Below are positions 11,636 to 26,112 of a stretch of DNA of 64,000 bases, in pieces (position 1 is the stretch's first letter; the number at the start of each line of letters is the position of its first letter). The stretch lies in the NCBI RefSeq assembly GCF_006345805.1, contig NC_043000.1:109864001-109928000 (forward strand). The letters run 5' to 3'. The DNA is from Octopus sinensis. Lineage: Eukaryota. The position numbers were made by a program, and so were the translations under genes. The notes beneath the pieces are model-generated. The model saw only the letters and a list, made by a program, of their open reading frames with translations, ran no database searches and was not told the DNA's origin.

Positions 11636-14600
11636 TAAGGTGCCATGCAATGAAACTGAACCCAAGACCACATGGTTGAGAAGCAAGCTGCTTAACCACC
11701 CAGCCAACCCCGCACCTATGCGTCTGTTCATGTCAGTTTTTCTTTTGTTTGTTTCGCTGAGGTTGATGAGTTTTTGGTTTGACTTTCAGCATTAATGGAG
11801 TTGTATCAACGTCAGTATGTAAGCAAGTATGTCTGTTCCAAGTTTTGTAGTCTGGAACCTACCATTTCCACTAATTTCTATATTTTATGAATTTTCCTTA
11901 AAAATACCTCAATATGTCTGCTGTTTGTAATTATGATAGAAGCAAGATTAATACTTTGTACTTTCATTTTGTCATTGGTTTTAGTGTTCACATCTCCTTG
12001 CTTGCGTGGGTTGGACAGGTTTTCTGTGACTGGATGCTTTTCCTGTCACTAACTCTGACTTGTTTCCAAGTGAAGGAGAATATTCACCCATGGCCAAACA
12101 TGTTTTCATACAAGATCGGAAATGCACATCACTTGTAGAACCAGTTGTCCGTTTCGTTTTACCGAATCTACTCACATGGCATTGGTTGACTCAGGGCTAT
12201 GGAAGACATGCAATGGGATTGAACCCAGAACATGTGATTGGGAAGAAAACTTCTTAATTTTTAACCACACAGCCACGCCTGTGCTTCCATGCATGCGTGT
12301 GCACCTACAATTTTCTATTTGAAAATGTCAGTACAATTTCATCTTGGTGTCAATGAGTAAACTTTCATTGCATTTATTCAAAGTAGCAAAAGGATTTAAT
12401 CCTGATGTTTTCCTTAAGTTTTCTGCATAAAATGGAGTTGGTTCTGAAAATGTTTTGAATGTTTACACTTAGCAGAATGTAGCCAGATTAATGTAACTCG
12501 TATCGAATTAAACTGCCTTTAATACAATTTTTTTTTCTTTTTCCAGCCTGGTTTCATATGCCTCATGTTGGCACATTGGAGATGGGTACTGTCTTCATCT
12601 ATTAATGCTACTATTTCTACTGTTAACCACCACCACCAACAACAACAACAACACTACATATTCAGAGCAGCTTACTTTCTGTCTACCAATTTAGTTATTG
12701 TCATTTTATTAAAAAAAAACAAAATACTGGACACTCTTCCATTTATTTTTCCTTTGAATTTTTAACAAGTTTTTTTTTTCTAACCTTCCCTGTTAGGTTT
12801 TTAATTTTTCTTTTGTGTGTATAGCTTCCCACTGTCTCCTTTATGGTTGGCTATTTACAGAAAGGACTGAATCTGACAAAGACAATGTGTCGAAACCTTT
12901 TAACCTCCCAGTTGTAACTCATTCTTCACAATTTAGAGAACAAAACCCTCTAACTTTTTATATGTTGCCATTTACTGTAACAACAACAATAGCAAACACA
13001 GCTCACACACACTCACACACACTCTTCATATCCACATGTTATATAGCCAAACTCATTTTAATTTTTATGAATTATTTTGTTCCCTACATCCATATTTTGT
13101 ACATTAAGTCTTTTTTTTTTTTGTCTTATGATGCCAGTGATTCACATGTAAGTAAATGTTGTTTTGCTGTTGTCTTTAAAAAAAGAAAAAATCTCTGAAG
13201 TTTAATTTTAGTTCCATTTGTTTAGTGTGTATGTTTGTGTGTGTGTTTATGAACAATTTAACTTAGTAGGCCCTTGTGAAGAATTGTTCCTTCTACAAAA
13301 GATTTTTTGATTTAGGTTTTAGTGGATCAGGATAATTCTAAGAATGAAACGAACCGTCTCTCTCTTCTACCAGAATAAGATGAATTTATATCTATCTATT
13401 CGTAAGAAAATGAGAATTCTACCAACTGAAATCCTTCATCATAACACAGTAAAATTTTATTCTTTTTATTCCAAGAACTGATTTCACAGATTTTATTCAT
13501 TTGAGCTGAAATGAAATTACTTTGATCTTCTACTGCTATTCTCTACTCTGAACTAACCCCCTTATATAAGGGCGTCTGTATGTACCACTAGCTGTGTGTG
13601 TGCGTGTGTATGTATGTTAGTGTACCACTTAATGCTAATATTGAAATAGCAAACACTTCTCCCATTATTCCATTTATTTGAAATTATCTTTTAGTTTCTT
13701 CAGTTTTGTGTTTATAAGTAATTTAACAGGGTATCTTTTATTCCGTTTTCTTTTGTTTGTTTCCTCTCTTTTGTATCAAAATATTTATATCTCAGTATTC
13801 CACCAAGAACAAATTTTCATCAGGTTGTGTTTCTAGAATTTTGTTTATTCAACATAACATTCTGATACATTTGTGTTATTTAAACATTATCTTCATTTAG
13901 TTTTTCTCCTTACAGAATCACCTGGCTAATATTAGACAATAGAAGGCATTTAATGGTAAACCTCTCCCCCTACTAAAGTATAAAATATAAGGCAACAATT
14001 CTTATGCTTAATGTTAGATTGGGGGTTGTTTGTTTCCCTACTCTTAACAAGTTTTCTTCTGATAATTTTATTGTAATCTCAGTTAATTAAGCTCTTTAGC
14101 CAATGTAACCTGTTGTTTAGGTGATCTTGTTAGCATCATACCTTGACATCATCATCATTATTATTATTACAGTCTACCTGTGACTCTGGGAATTGGTGTG
14201 TGTAAAGCAGGTTTAATTGACAAACATGCCTTCACCCACTGAAATTTTAGTTACCTTTTTATTATTCCAGACATATCACAGCAATTGCGATGTTAGACAG
14301 CAAATAGACAGGTGGATGTCCTTCCTGCTACTCGTGAGCAAATCCTGAAGTAGTTTTAAATACACATCATAGCCATTTAATTTTTTTCTCTTCAATGGTG
14401 TTAACATATAAATTTGCTGCTAACATAATTGAAGTTAATTTTCTACTCATCCTTTGAATGTAAAACTTAGGCAGTGGTAGCTTTTATGTTCTGATATAAT
14501 AGCTGGAAATAAATTGTGCATTCTGCCCAATTTGTGTGTAAATGTGTACATATAAGAATATTCCTACTGCGTACAGAGGTGCCATTCAGTAAGGGCATAG

Positions 14601-14780
14601 AAGGACAGTACATTGCATTTCAGATTGCTGTGCAAATGGGATTTGTCTGTTTCTGATGACTGTTTTATTAAAAATTTAGTGTTACAAGTAATTAGGTGGT
14701 GTTGTAGAAAATGGTCAACTCTGCTAACTTCCATCCTTGTTTGGTTGTTAATTCTATCTACATTTTCTGAGAGAGAATGT

Positions 14781-14964
14781 GACTGAACCCTTTTAAATAA
14801 GAAACATTTAATTTCCAACTCTTACATCAGTTCTCTCTCTCTCTCTCTCCCCCCCCTCCTTTAAAATTCCTAAGCTTCAACCATTTTTATACAAACCCCA
14901 GTTTAGATAAAACCTGACTGAACCCTTTTAAATAAGAAACATTTAATTTCCAACTCTTACATCA

Positions 14965-14998
<34 letters not shown>

Positions 14999-15060
14999 CC
15001 CTCCTTTAAAATTCCTAAGCTTCAACCATTTTTATACAAACCCCAGTTTAGATAAAACCT
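14781..15060. repeat. Tandem duplication of a 135/145-bp unit containing a (CT)n tract
   Basis: 14781-14915 and 14916-15060 are identical except for the (CT)n/C-run length. Confidence 0.9.
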
Positions 15061-15336
15061 CCAATCTCCTGATTCAAACGGCCTTCATAGTCTTTCTTTC
15101 CTTGATAATGTCTACATTGTGGTAATTCAATCCAGTCATTTGGGCTTTCTTTGTGATGGAACGCAGCCAGCATTTCCATTATCTGTTTCCATTTTATGCT
15201 TGTACAATTGCTAGCCTTTCTTTGCATTAAATTCTTATAATCCACATATATCGTCAAACTCAAATAGCTTTTTTTTTTGCCCCCCACCCTGTATTTTCTT
15301 TGTGAGCTTTTTCAAAATATTAGAAATCTAGCACAA

Positions 15337-15400
15337 CTTCTTCAATTCAATTGTTTTGTTTTTGTTTTTCAACAAAAACAAAACAATTGAATTGAAGAAG
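15337..15400. repeat. Perfect 30-bp inverted repeat with a 4-nt loop
   Basis: CTTCTTCAATTCAATTGTTTTGTTTTTGTT (15337-15366), TTTC, then the exact reverse complement (15371-15400). Confidence 0.95.
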
Positions 15401-16084
15401 ATTTTTGATATAAAATTTTAGATTCACTTCATGTTTGGCATCTTTTACTAGTTTCATTGGCATGTTTTTACACTCTTTTTCTGTGGAATTATTTTTGTTT
15501 CATTCACCAATGAAATCTTTCTGACCATTGATTTCCAAACTTATTGGAATTCCCACTTGTAATTTAGTACTAATTATGGTAGCAACCTAATTTTACTGAT
15601 GGTGGAATGGTGGAATTTTAATCTAGACGTCTGTCATTAAGTTTGTAGACGTGAATTGTTGATGGATTACCATTTTCTTTCAGTATCCATTGAAATGAAA
15701 GTGGTTATAACAATGATAATATTGATAATAATATTAGAGATAATTATCACAAACCAACTTTAGTCATTACTTCCCTTGTGTTGCTATATGAACAGCATCA
15801 ATTGGTCGCATTTAAAACTGATTGCACCTTGTTGTTTTACTGCTATCATGAAAACAAACATTAAGGTATAGTCTCTTGTTTTCTTTACCCATTTTATTAA
15901 AATGACTAATAACCAATTAGGTTGTAGACTTTTGTGGGTGCTTTTTTTTTTCTTCTTTTTTTTTTTTTTAGTTTTTTTCTCTCCCCCCAAATGTTTGTTT
16001 CTTTTATTTTTTACAATTCTAGTTGTATTGAGTAGTTTGTTGACCTTTCATGATATAGATGTTGTGTTACATGTCCTCCTCTAA

Positions 16085-16126
<42 letters not shown>

Positions 16127-19100
16127 GGAAAAACAAAAAAGATCAATAAATTAAATCTGGCCTCACCAATCTGTAGTTTTATCTTGATTTTTTTTAATGT
16201 TGGGTGTAAATTGTATGGAGCATTGTGTATTATATAATATATATATATATTATATATATCATGTTATGTCATATATGTTTATATATTATTATTATGTTAT
16301 ATATATAATATTATATATTTATGTAATTAAGATAATGGTAGGGACTTAGTAAGGGCTTGTTATTACTATCAGATCTACTAGCGTTGCATAGTCTTACTTT
16401 TCTTTTTTTTTGTATATTAGAAGAGGATTTTAAAAAACTCTAAATTAATCTAAAGTGATTCAGTGATTAGATTACAAGAAAAAAAATATTACTTTCTGTG
16501 TAATGCTCAATGCATTTGTTACATATATTTTTAGGGGACAAGGTGTAATGATTATTTTGGTTGTCCTGCAATAGAAAATTCTATCAGAAGAGAAAATCTT
16601 TCTCTCATCTGCATCAGACAATGAATGTTAAGCAGCTATGAGAATGTGATGCATGTCTGTCAACCTCATAATCATCATCATCCTCATCAACATTTAACGT
16701 TTGTCTTCCATGCTGCTATGGGCTGGACAATAAAGCCAAAAGACTCTACCAAATGCCACTGTCTACTTTGGCGTGGTTTTTATGACTGGATGTCCTTCCT
16801 AATGCCAACCACCTCACAGGATATGATTTTTAAATACCCTTGACAACTGCTGGCTAATCTTGCTCATATTCTGCTTCAGTTTTTAGTGAAATACTTTATA
16901 TTTTCATTCACTTATGTCTAATTGAAGAATTGGCTGATTAGTATTAACTATTATGTCGTGAGTACTTGAGAGTTCCCCAGAATAACCATAGCTGTGACTT
17001 GGTAGCATTTACCATGATTTTGCTAATTGCTGTTGGTAGTTGTGACCCCCCCCCCCCCCCGTCATTGAACCAGCAGAAGAAGATCCAGGCCACAAGAGGT
17101 GGAGAGGAGGACTGCACTAGTATTAGGCTGGCACTCCTTTCAAATGAGAAGTAATGAAGGGCCTTGCTTGAGCACATCTGGTTCAGGAAGAAATCCGTGA
17201 ACCCTAGTGTTAGCATAACAACCTAAAACCAGGCCACAAAATTAGATTTTATTAGCTTTGTTACACGTAATTAATTTCTATTGAATTTAGTAGCTTTACA
17301 AACTGTTTGCTATGGTATCTGCCTCAGTAAATATATACCTAGGTTTAATTGCAGTGATTTATTAATTAATTTTTTTTTTCTTCATGAATTTGAATTGAAA
17401 AAGAAAACAAAAAATCTGTCTGGGTATTGCAGCTAATCCTGAATCTTGCAACAGGATGATCCTTAATAGAATTAAGTTTATTTACTTCAGGTTTTACTGA
17501 TCAAGAATTATTGTTCTGGGCCAAATAAAATGAACCTATTTTAATTGGTTTCCTTTGAACAATTTCTTTCAATAACTCAAATTGCAAACTCATGGATTTT
17601 TTGTTTTTGGTTTTTCAATATTTTTCTTCAGCAGCAACAGCCATTTAGATAAAACTGCAATGTTTTACATAAAAACTATGTGCATCTAGTTTGAGGCCTG
17701 TTTGATTTGTTTCTTTTATTATTTTTCTGCTTTCATGTTGAAACCAGTTTTTATTTATTTTTTTTTTTAAAAAAGGCTTTTTCTGAATAGCTTTTTTATT
17801 CTTTCTTTTTACTTTCAAATGGACATAAGTTAAATATTTTTGCAAATTTTGTGTTTTTCTAAATATAAAGTGTTGGAACAAGTTTGTTTTTTTTTTTTGT
17901 TTTTTTTTGTTTTTTTAATGACTGACTGCCTATCCTTTCTACCACCAAACATTCTGCTTGGCAGGAGTTGTGCAACTTAAGATCAGTAATACATATGCAT
18001 TGCCTTAATGGTACAACACTGCTTTCATCTTGGTTCAGTTAATGAACTGTGATCATGCTGGGGCACCACCTTGAATGGGTTTTATTCAAATGCATTGACC
18101 TTGTACTTATTTATTGAAATCTGGCACTATTATCAAACCATTAGGTTACAGAGACGTAAACAAACCAACTTTGGTTGTCAAACAGGACAGGCAAGAAACA
18201 AATCCATTCCCCCCTCCCCCATACATACACACTGAGCTTCCACTCCTTTTCCATCTACCAAATTCACTCCTAAGATCTAGGTCCTCTTGAGGCTTTAGTA
18301 AAAAAAAACACTTGTTTGAGATGCTGCACAATGGGACTGAACCTGAAACCAATGTTTTCAAACCAAGCTTGTTAATCACCTAATCATGCCTGCATTATGG
18401 CACTTCAAAGAAATTGACCATAGTGTTCACAGTGCCAGATTCTTGACCATCGTGTAATTAGTTGCTTTGTGACAAAGCACAGCACTTTGGTCTTGTTTGT
18501 CTCCGTTTAAATAAGTGAAGTTTGTGTCCCCAGTTCCATGTAGTGATCGGATGGTTTTTACTGGAGGTGGGAGATGGGGAACGAGGAAAAAAAAAAAAAA
18601 CAGAACTTGTTCTTCTGAGTCTCAAAAGAAAAACCTGATTTTGTCAAAACTATTTAACTTGCGTTGGCATGGAAAAGTGAATGTAAAAAAGTTTGAGAAG
18701 AAAATAACCAAAAAAAAAAAAAAGATTAAAAAAAGCCAGGTATGGATCAAATGTTAGTTTCCATTAAACTGTTTGATTTGTTGGTTGTTGTTATTGTGTG
18801 TGAAAACCAGAGGTGAAAGACTGACCAGTTCTAGAATGGTCCTGTTTCCTTTAGCATGGAATCATCTTGAGAGTAAATGTTTGCAACTTGGATTACTTCT
18901 CTTTGCTCACCAGATGTAGTCTGTAACATTATCAGTTTCTCATCATTTCTTGCTTTAGAGTGGATTATTTCGGTTGTTGAATGTATTTCATCCTATTTAA
19001 TTCCCCCTCCATACACACGTCACAAATCATAATCATATCCTAAGAAAATGAGAAATGAACAACACAATACAATCATCTGCTAAAACGTATGTCTTTCAAT

Positions 19101-22100
19101 TAAATTTTTTTTTTATTAAAAGATTGTTTTTTTTTTTTTTGTTTCTACTCCAAAGTGTTGAAGTGCTTAATTATGTTAAATAAGGGCAAATTTGATTTTA
19201 TTTAAAGATGATTTTCCTTTCTTTTTCACTTGGATTATAGTCAGGCACTTCTGTCTTCATTTTGGATTTTATCAACCAACTCTTTCATTCTTTCATTTTG
19301 ATTCTCTTAAAAAACGGCTGTGGTGTGTTGATGGATCTATTTTCAATATTATCAAGATTTTAATAGTTTAACATAAAATGAATTTGATTATCAGATATCC
19401 ATTGACTGGATAAGTTAATCCCTCCATTAAAAAGAAGCTAGATTGGTGAATGCTGTTAGGAACAAAAAAAAAAAATCAAAACAATCAAATTGTTAAACTA
19501 TTTAAAAGTTCATTCATTCATTAAAACTGCAGGTATGGTTCTTACAATTCATAAATTTGCTAAATACAAGATTCATAATTAGTTCTATGTTTATAAAGCA
19601 ACTAATTTCTCTTCAAAGTATATTAGTTCACAACGATCAGTTGCTTTTCATTTCTTTTCAGAGTTGCTTTTCCCTTTTCTTAATCTGTTTGGTTTTGAAT
19701 TTACTGCTTTGAAATTCAGGAAATCTGCAATTTCTATTTGATGCGTCTTATAAAAACCATCTTCCTGTCTTCTCTCCATCTTTGAAAGCTGTCTCTATCC
19801 CAGCTTTACGTTTTCCTGATTTTGTAGAATCCTTGTTTGTAGTATAGAAGTGCAGCTCATAATACTTCAACACTTTGTTCATTCATCATCCTCACTCACA
19901 CACACACTGCATCAATCAAACGATAATCCTCTCATAGGGCAGCAACCATTCCATTTCTCTGCATCATTCCCCACTTGTCTGTCGGCTGTAGAACCATCTT
20001 TCACCAAACAGAACCATTATTCCAATGATTTACTTGGGTTGATATTTTTCTTTGAGCCATTCATTCTTCATGTACTTTTAGTTAACCATTCAACTGTTTT
20101 GCTCAACATGATTTTATTGGAGTGATTGATTTTTTTTCTTTTCCTCGTATTATTTCTCAACAGGGTGGTGGGGGTACTGCACATGCCTGCATCATGCAGT
20201 GAGAACGACCAGTATTTTATGTCACCTGGACTTCACAAAGTGATACAATCCATTCCCATCAAAATAAAAATGAATCATGTCAATTTTTATAAAGAGAAAT
20301 TTGTATATATTTAATTTTGTTTCATTTTACTTTGCTTTAAAAAAAAAAAAACAAGTCAAAGGTTACATGTTGCGTAAGTTGGGATCTCTCTCCCCTATTT
20401 TGCACCAAACTCATTTTGTTTGAGGATTGTTTGACGAGTTGAAAGAAATCTGTACTTCCATTCAGCATTGTCCTGTTCAGATAGAAAACAATTGCTCTGG
20501 AATCTATGGCCAAAGTGAAGCAGTTAATGTTAAATCCAGACAGGTAATACGCATCATTGCCAGGAATATGGAGCAGATATTTCATAGGCCCATGATTTTT
20601 TTTTTTTTTTTTTTTTTTGTGTACCCTGATACACGGCCACAGTTCGGAAGAAGTTGCCTTGTCTACTGAGTCCAACGTAGAACTAACTGCCTGTTTAGAT
20701 TGAAAGGTAAGGTTTGAGCTTGGAACACAGCTGAATAAAAATACTGCAATCATTTGATTCATTACTCTGTTTCTGCTGGTCCATCGTAGTTCATAATTCT
20801 CATGAATTATATTGACACAAAGCCATCAGGAAGGACACGGTTGATTGAGTTGGTGCTTGTTTCAGTGACTTTAGAAAGTTGAAAGGTAAAGTAAAACAAA
20901 AGCACTTTGACTCCCTTTATTACAACTTGTTTGCTCCTCTTTCACCTGTGTTCTGATTGACTGACAATTCCAACTTCTCTCTGCCCTTAACTCTGCTTGC
21001 CACACGAAATCTCTTTTGAATTAGCACAGCAATTTTCACTGGTGTCAATATGGTCAATTGAAACAACTTCTTGTCCATTTTATCAATCTTCTAAGATAAA
21101 CAAGACAAAGCTGATCCCAGTCGAATATTGCCTGAGCATAAAATAAAGATAAAACTTTTAATCCTGAGCACCCCCCCCTCTTCATTGTTCCTGTTAAATG
21201 AACAAAGAATGAATTCTGTTTATTCAGATCAATGGTTGAAGTGTTATTTTATCTCCTGTGTTTCCAGCAAACTCGAATCCTTTTTGCTCCCTATTTTGGA
21301 GAGTGGCAGGGGAATATTTGTTTCTCCTGCTCTGATTTATCTCTAAATCTGAGTGAAGATAAACATAATCTCAGTAGCCAAGACTTTGTAATCAGTGTAT
21401 CTATTTCAACAAGACCCTTGGGTCTGGCTGTGATTTTGATTTCTTGATTGACTAAATGATTTGATTTTATAGGATTGGAGGATGAATAAGATTCGGTGAT
21501 CATCATTTTTTCAGGAACATTTAACAATTCAAATTATGGCAATAAGAAAATTCACCAGGAACAATATTTGGTGCCAAATATGCAACTGAACAGAAGAAGC
21601 GATATTCTGGATGTACACTTTCATCATCTCATCGGATGGAACCAAAGAAATATATTTTCCTTTTCTGGTTGTTTGAAGCCATCATCATTGATTGTATTTC
21701 CAGTGCAGTTTCCTTCAAGCTAATATCATTGAAGTTGATGGTTCGTCCCCTTCACTTCATCTATTGGCTTTCACAACATAGATTTGTCGTGCTCTTCAAG
21801 ATGTCTCCTCAAGCAGTAATCCGCCAGTTGCCGTCTTTGTTTCGTTTATCTTTTCAGTTGGAACACTCGCACCACCACCAATCTTAAGTTCAATGTTTTT
21901 ACCAAATGATTTTAAGAACCAACATGTAGGTGTACATTCCATTTCATTATTTTTCCTGACGTTTATATGTGTGTCCATGTGTCACAGCCATACAACATAG
22001 ACTCACCTGTTGCTAAAGTATTTATTTCTTATAATGTTACCTTTATGACAGCTTCCAGGTTCTTAGTTGACAGATGACATAATTACCTTTCTGCCATTGG

Positions 22101-22261
22101 TATAAGAAACCAAAATGTCACCCTGCAATATGCTTCCTAGATTGAACATCGAAGAGATTTGCTGCACTGTCCAGGATCACTACTAGCTCTTGTATCTTCA
22201 TAGTGTAGGATGAAAGATGATTGCATTCTCAAGTTGCTTCTGTATCCATAAGTTTCACTTT

Positions 22262-22762
22262 GGTTGGATGACGCCTCCACGAGAGATTTTGAGCTCTGAT
22301 AAGGAGGTGAGTGTAAGTTCCATCCAACTGCCTCTCATGCTTCTTTGATAACGTCCAGGTTTCTGAGCCATATAGTAGAACTGGTTCGACTGTGGCTTTG
22401 AAGATTTTAAGTTTGAAATCTCTACTTAGATTTGATGACCAGATCTTATGCATATCATTACAGGCTGACCAGGCCATACCCATTCTAGTTAGAAATATAT
22501 GGGAAATTACCACCTGTATTATCTCTAGTAAAAGGTAGAAGAGTCCAGTTTGCTGGACATTGTTGTAGAGCTGAAAATGAGGTAATTTCTACTCTTCTCT
22601 GGAAGCCATCTGCTCACGATACCAGAGGGCGCACACTCTCTTACTCTGATGTAATCTCCAGGGATACAGGCATCCAGCAACAGGACCTCCGTAATGCTAT
22701 GATGGACCGTGAAGTCTGGCGTAACATTCCATTGTCTCGACCACAGTCGAACAATGATGATG
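22262..22762 (+). mobile_element. 5'-truncated, 5'-inverted RTE-clade LINE copy with a 14-bp TSD
   Basis: Minus segment (~22262-22495) encodes ..KLKIFKATVEPVLLYGSETWTL..LSWRRHPTK. Plus segment (~22495-22762) continues IYGKLPP..RRVQFAGHCCRA..MMDREVWR and ends in (GAT)n. ATAAGTTTCACTTT is duplicated at 22248-22261 and 22763-22776. Confidence 0.9.
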
Positions 22763-23693
22763 ATAAGTTTCACTTTTTTGATACTTCTTGCATGAGACCA
22801 TTCCTAGGATATGAATTTCATGTTTATTTACGTTCTAAACAACAACTTAATCATGACAGTTATTATTTTACTAAATTCTTTGTTATTTTCAAAATTAATT
22901 GAAACTAAGTGTATTTCAAAAGAAATCTAGTAAGAAGGAGGTTAATGGATTTCTATCATCGCAGTTGAGCAGTTTTTGTCTTGCAAGGTACATGGTGACC
23001 CTGTTGGTGCTGATGTTACATAAAAGTGAACCCAGGACACTCTGTAAAGTGGTTGGCATTTGGAAGGTCCTAATCGGACAACGGAACCTGGTGTGGCACC
23101 TGACCATGCCACTTCCTGTCAGACCATTCAACGTATGCCAGCATGGAAAGCTGACATTAAATGATGATGATAAACCTCTGGATAGAACCAGATGATTCAT
23201 AAATTGCTCTGGTGTTCAGTAATGAAATTTTATCATTTAAAACCTCTGCAAATCTTGTCTTAGATTTTCATGAAGTCAATCAGCAATGCTGTTCGTTTTG
23301 ATTCTTTGATGCAGGAATGGGAGATGTTTTGATGTTTTAAGCCCAAAGAAATTTTGTCTGACATTTTCAATGTCATTGATGTTCAATTGACCCTTCTTTG
23401 TTTTGTAACTCATCTTGCCTGATTTAAGCAAAAATTATATAGGTGCAGACATGGCAGCAATGTTAAGATGCTCACATTGAAACTATGTGGTTTCAGGTTC
23501 AGTCCCACTGCTTGGGCAAGTAAGAGTCCTCTGTTATCACCCCCTCAGCTGAACAACCAACGAATTTGGTAAGCAGAAACTGGACATCCATCATGTATAT
23601 ATGTGTTTGTTTTGTCCCCCTATCACTGCTTGACAACCAGTGTTGTTTATTTAGTGATTCATCAATAGAGACCAATAGAATAATTAAAAGACA

Positions 23694-23910
23694 AGGCGGC
23701 AAGCTGGCAGAAACGTTAACATGCCAGGCGAAATGTTTAGTGGTATTTTGTCTGTCTTTACGTTCTGAGTTCAAATTCTGCCGAGGTCGACTTGGCCTTT
23801 CATCCTTTCGGGGGTCGATAAATTAAATACCAGTTGCGTACTGGAGGCTGATCTAATCAACTGGCCCCTTCCCCGAAAATTTCGGGTCTTGTGCATCGAG
23901 TAGAAAAGAA
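23694..23910 (+). mobile_element. tRNA-derived SINE (family C)
   Basis: Head ggcggcaagctggcagaaacgtta, B-box GAGTTCAAATT, central ggtcgacttggcctttcatcctttcggggtcgataaattaaatacc. Other copies at about 36130-36356(+), 3845-4022(-), 61050-61560(-). Confidence 0.75.
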
Positions 23911-26070
23911 AGAATAAAAGACTAATAGTGGTGTAAATTTGTTTGACTAAACCCTTTGAGGCAGTGCTACAGCATGGCCACAATTCAATGACTAAATTGA
24001 GTAAAAGCTTGGACTGAAGCCCTGTGAGTGGATTTGGTTGGCAGAAACTGAAAGAAGCCTGTCATGTGTTTCCCACCACTTCTTGATAACCGGTGTTGGT
24101 GTGTTTATGTTCCTATGACTTAGCAGTTTAACAAAACAGACTCATCATCATCGTTTAACGTCCGCTTTCCATGCTAGCATGGGTTGGACGATTTTGACTG
24201 AGGGCTGGTGAACCAGATGGCTGCACCAGGCTCCAATCTTGATTTGGTAGTATTTCTATAGCTGGATGCCCTTCCTAATGCCAACCACTCCAAGATTGTA
24301 GTGGGTGCTTTTTATGTGCCACCGGCACGGGGGCCAGTCAGGCGGTACTGGCAACGACCTCGCTCGAATCCTTTTACACATACCACCAGCACAGGTGCCA
24401 GTAAGGTGATGTTGGTAACGATCGCGCTCAAATGGTGCCCTTTTACGTGTCACTGGCATGGAAGCCAGTTGGCTGCTCTGGCAACGATCACACTCAAATG
24501 GTGCTCTTGGCATCCTACTAGCACGGGCACAAGTGCCAGTAAGGTGACATTCTACTAAATTTGTTATTTCCAAATTAAATTGAAACAGAAGCAATGTATC
24601 TCAACAGAAATATGGTAACAAAAGGGGCGAATATTGTAGGATGCAAACCTTGGAAAATACGTCGATGCCATCCTGATCCGAATGGATTTGTTGGAAGGAC
24701 ATCAAGATAAAATTTCAAATGGAAATTGTAGTTAAGATACCTATGCCAGTGACACGTAAAAGGCACCGTCTGAACGTGGCAGATGCCAGGCCGCCTGGCT
24801 GGCGTCCGTGTCAGTGACACGTAAAAGCATCAATCGATCGTAGCCGTTTGCCAGCCTCCCCTGGCACGTAAAAAACACCCACTACACTCATGGAGTGGTT
24901 GGCGTTAGGAAGGGCATCCAGCTGTAGAAACACTGCCAAATCAGACTGGAGCCTGTTGCAGCCTCCTGGCTTCCCAGACCCCGGTCAAACCGTTCAACCC
25001 ATTCTAGCATGGAAAACGGACGTTAAATGATGATGATGATAGTCACAAATGTTAAAATAGATTTAAAAGCAGATTTGAACCCCAGGCTTCTGAGTTGCCA
25101 AATAAACACCACACTCGGGAAGACTTTAGTTCGTTTGCTTTTAATAAGCAGACTAATACAATAACCATTATTAATGGCTTGTGAAGCTGCTGTTCCTGTT
25201 TGGTATCAGTGGGGATGATAAAATGACAAACCAGAAGCAGGTAATAAATAATACATTCGTTATTCTTCAGGATAAACATAATGAAGATCAGATAAATAAT
25301 GACATAAATATTGATAAACAAACGGCAGAAATAGTTCCTCATGCTGTGAATGGATGTCTAGATTCTATTTATAAATATTGTGATTGTAGACTGACATCGG
25401 AACATTGCATGTTGGAAGCGGTTGTTGTCTGCATGAATTACTTGCTGTAAAGACTTGTGTTAGATAATGTCAGCCTTCACTCTATTCGAACCTGCCACAC
25501 AGGCGTCCTCCTCTGCATACATAGGCACAGGCATGGCTGTGTGGTTAAGAAGCTTGCTTTTCAGGTTCAGTCCCTCTGTGCAGTATCTTGGGTAGGAGTC
25601 TTGTATTATAGCCTCAGGCCAACCAATGCCTTGTGAGAGAATTTTATTGATGGAAATTGTGTTGAAGCCCATTGTGTGTGTGTGAGCATATATATATATA
25701 TATGACTAACAGCACCCAGCACACTTTGAAGTGGTTGGTCTTAGGAAGGGCATCCAGTGATAGAGGCCATGCCAAAGCAGACACTGGAACCCAACGCAGC
25801 TCACTGGACGCTACCAAAACATCCGGTCCATGCCAACATGGAAGGCACATGTTAAATGATGATGATATATTTGTGTCTGTTTGTCCTCCACCCCCAAAAG
25901 AGACCAATTGAATATGTAGCAGACTTTAAAAGAAAGAAACAAGTACTGTGGTTGATTGGTTTGACTAAATCCTTCAAGACTGTGCTCCAGCATGGCCACA
26001 GTCCAATTACTGAAACCAGTTAAAGATATAAAGATGCTGCATAGAGATTCTAATGGAGAAACAGACACAA

Positions 26071-26112
<42 letters not shown>

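Larger units (their letters stand above)
12547..16170 (+). other. Putative long 3'UTR exon of ZNF385-like gene
   Basis: Donor-like G|gtaatg at 9799 just after the stop and a strong acceptor (T-rich tract, ttccag|) at 12546. SINEs largely disappear after this point, the sequence is U-rich, and AATAAA occurs at 16145-16150. The 3' end is uncertain. Confidence 0.45.
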
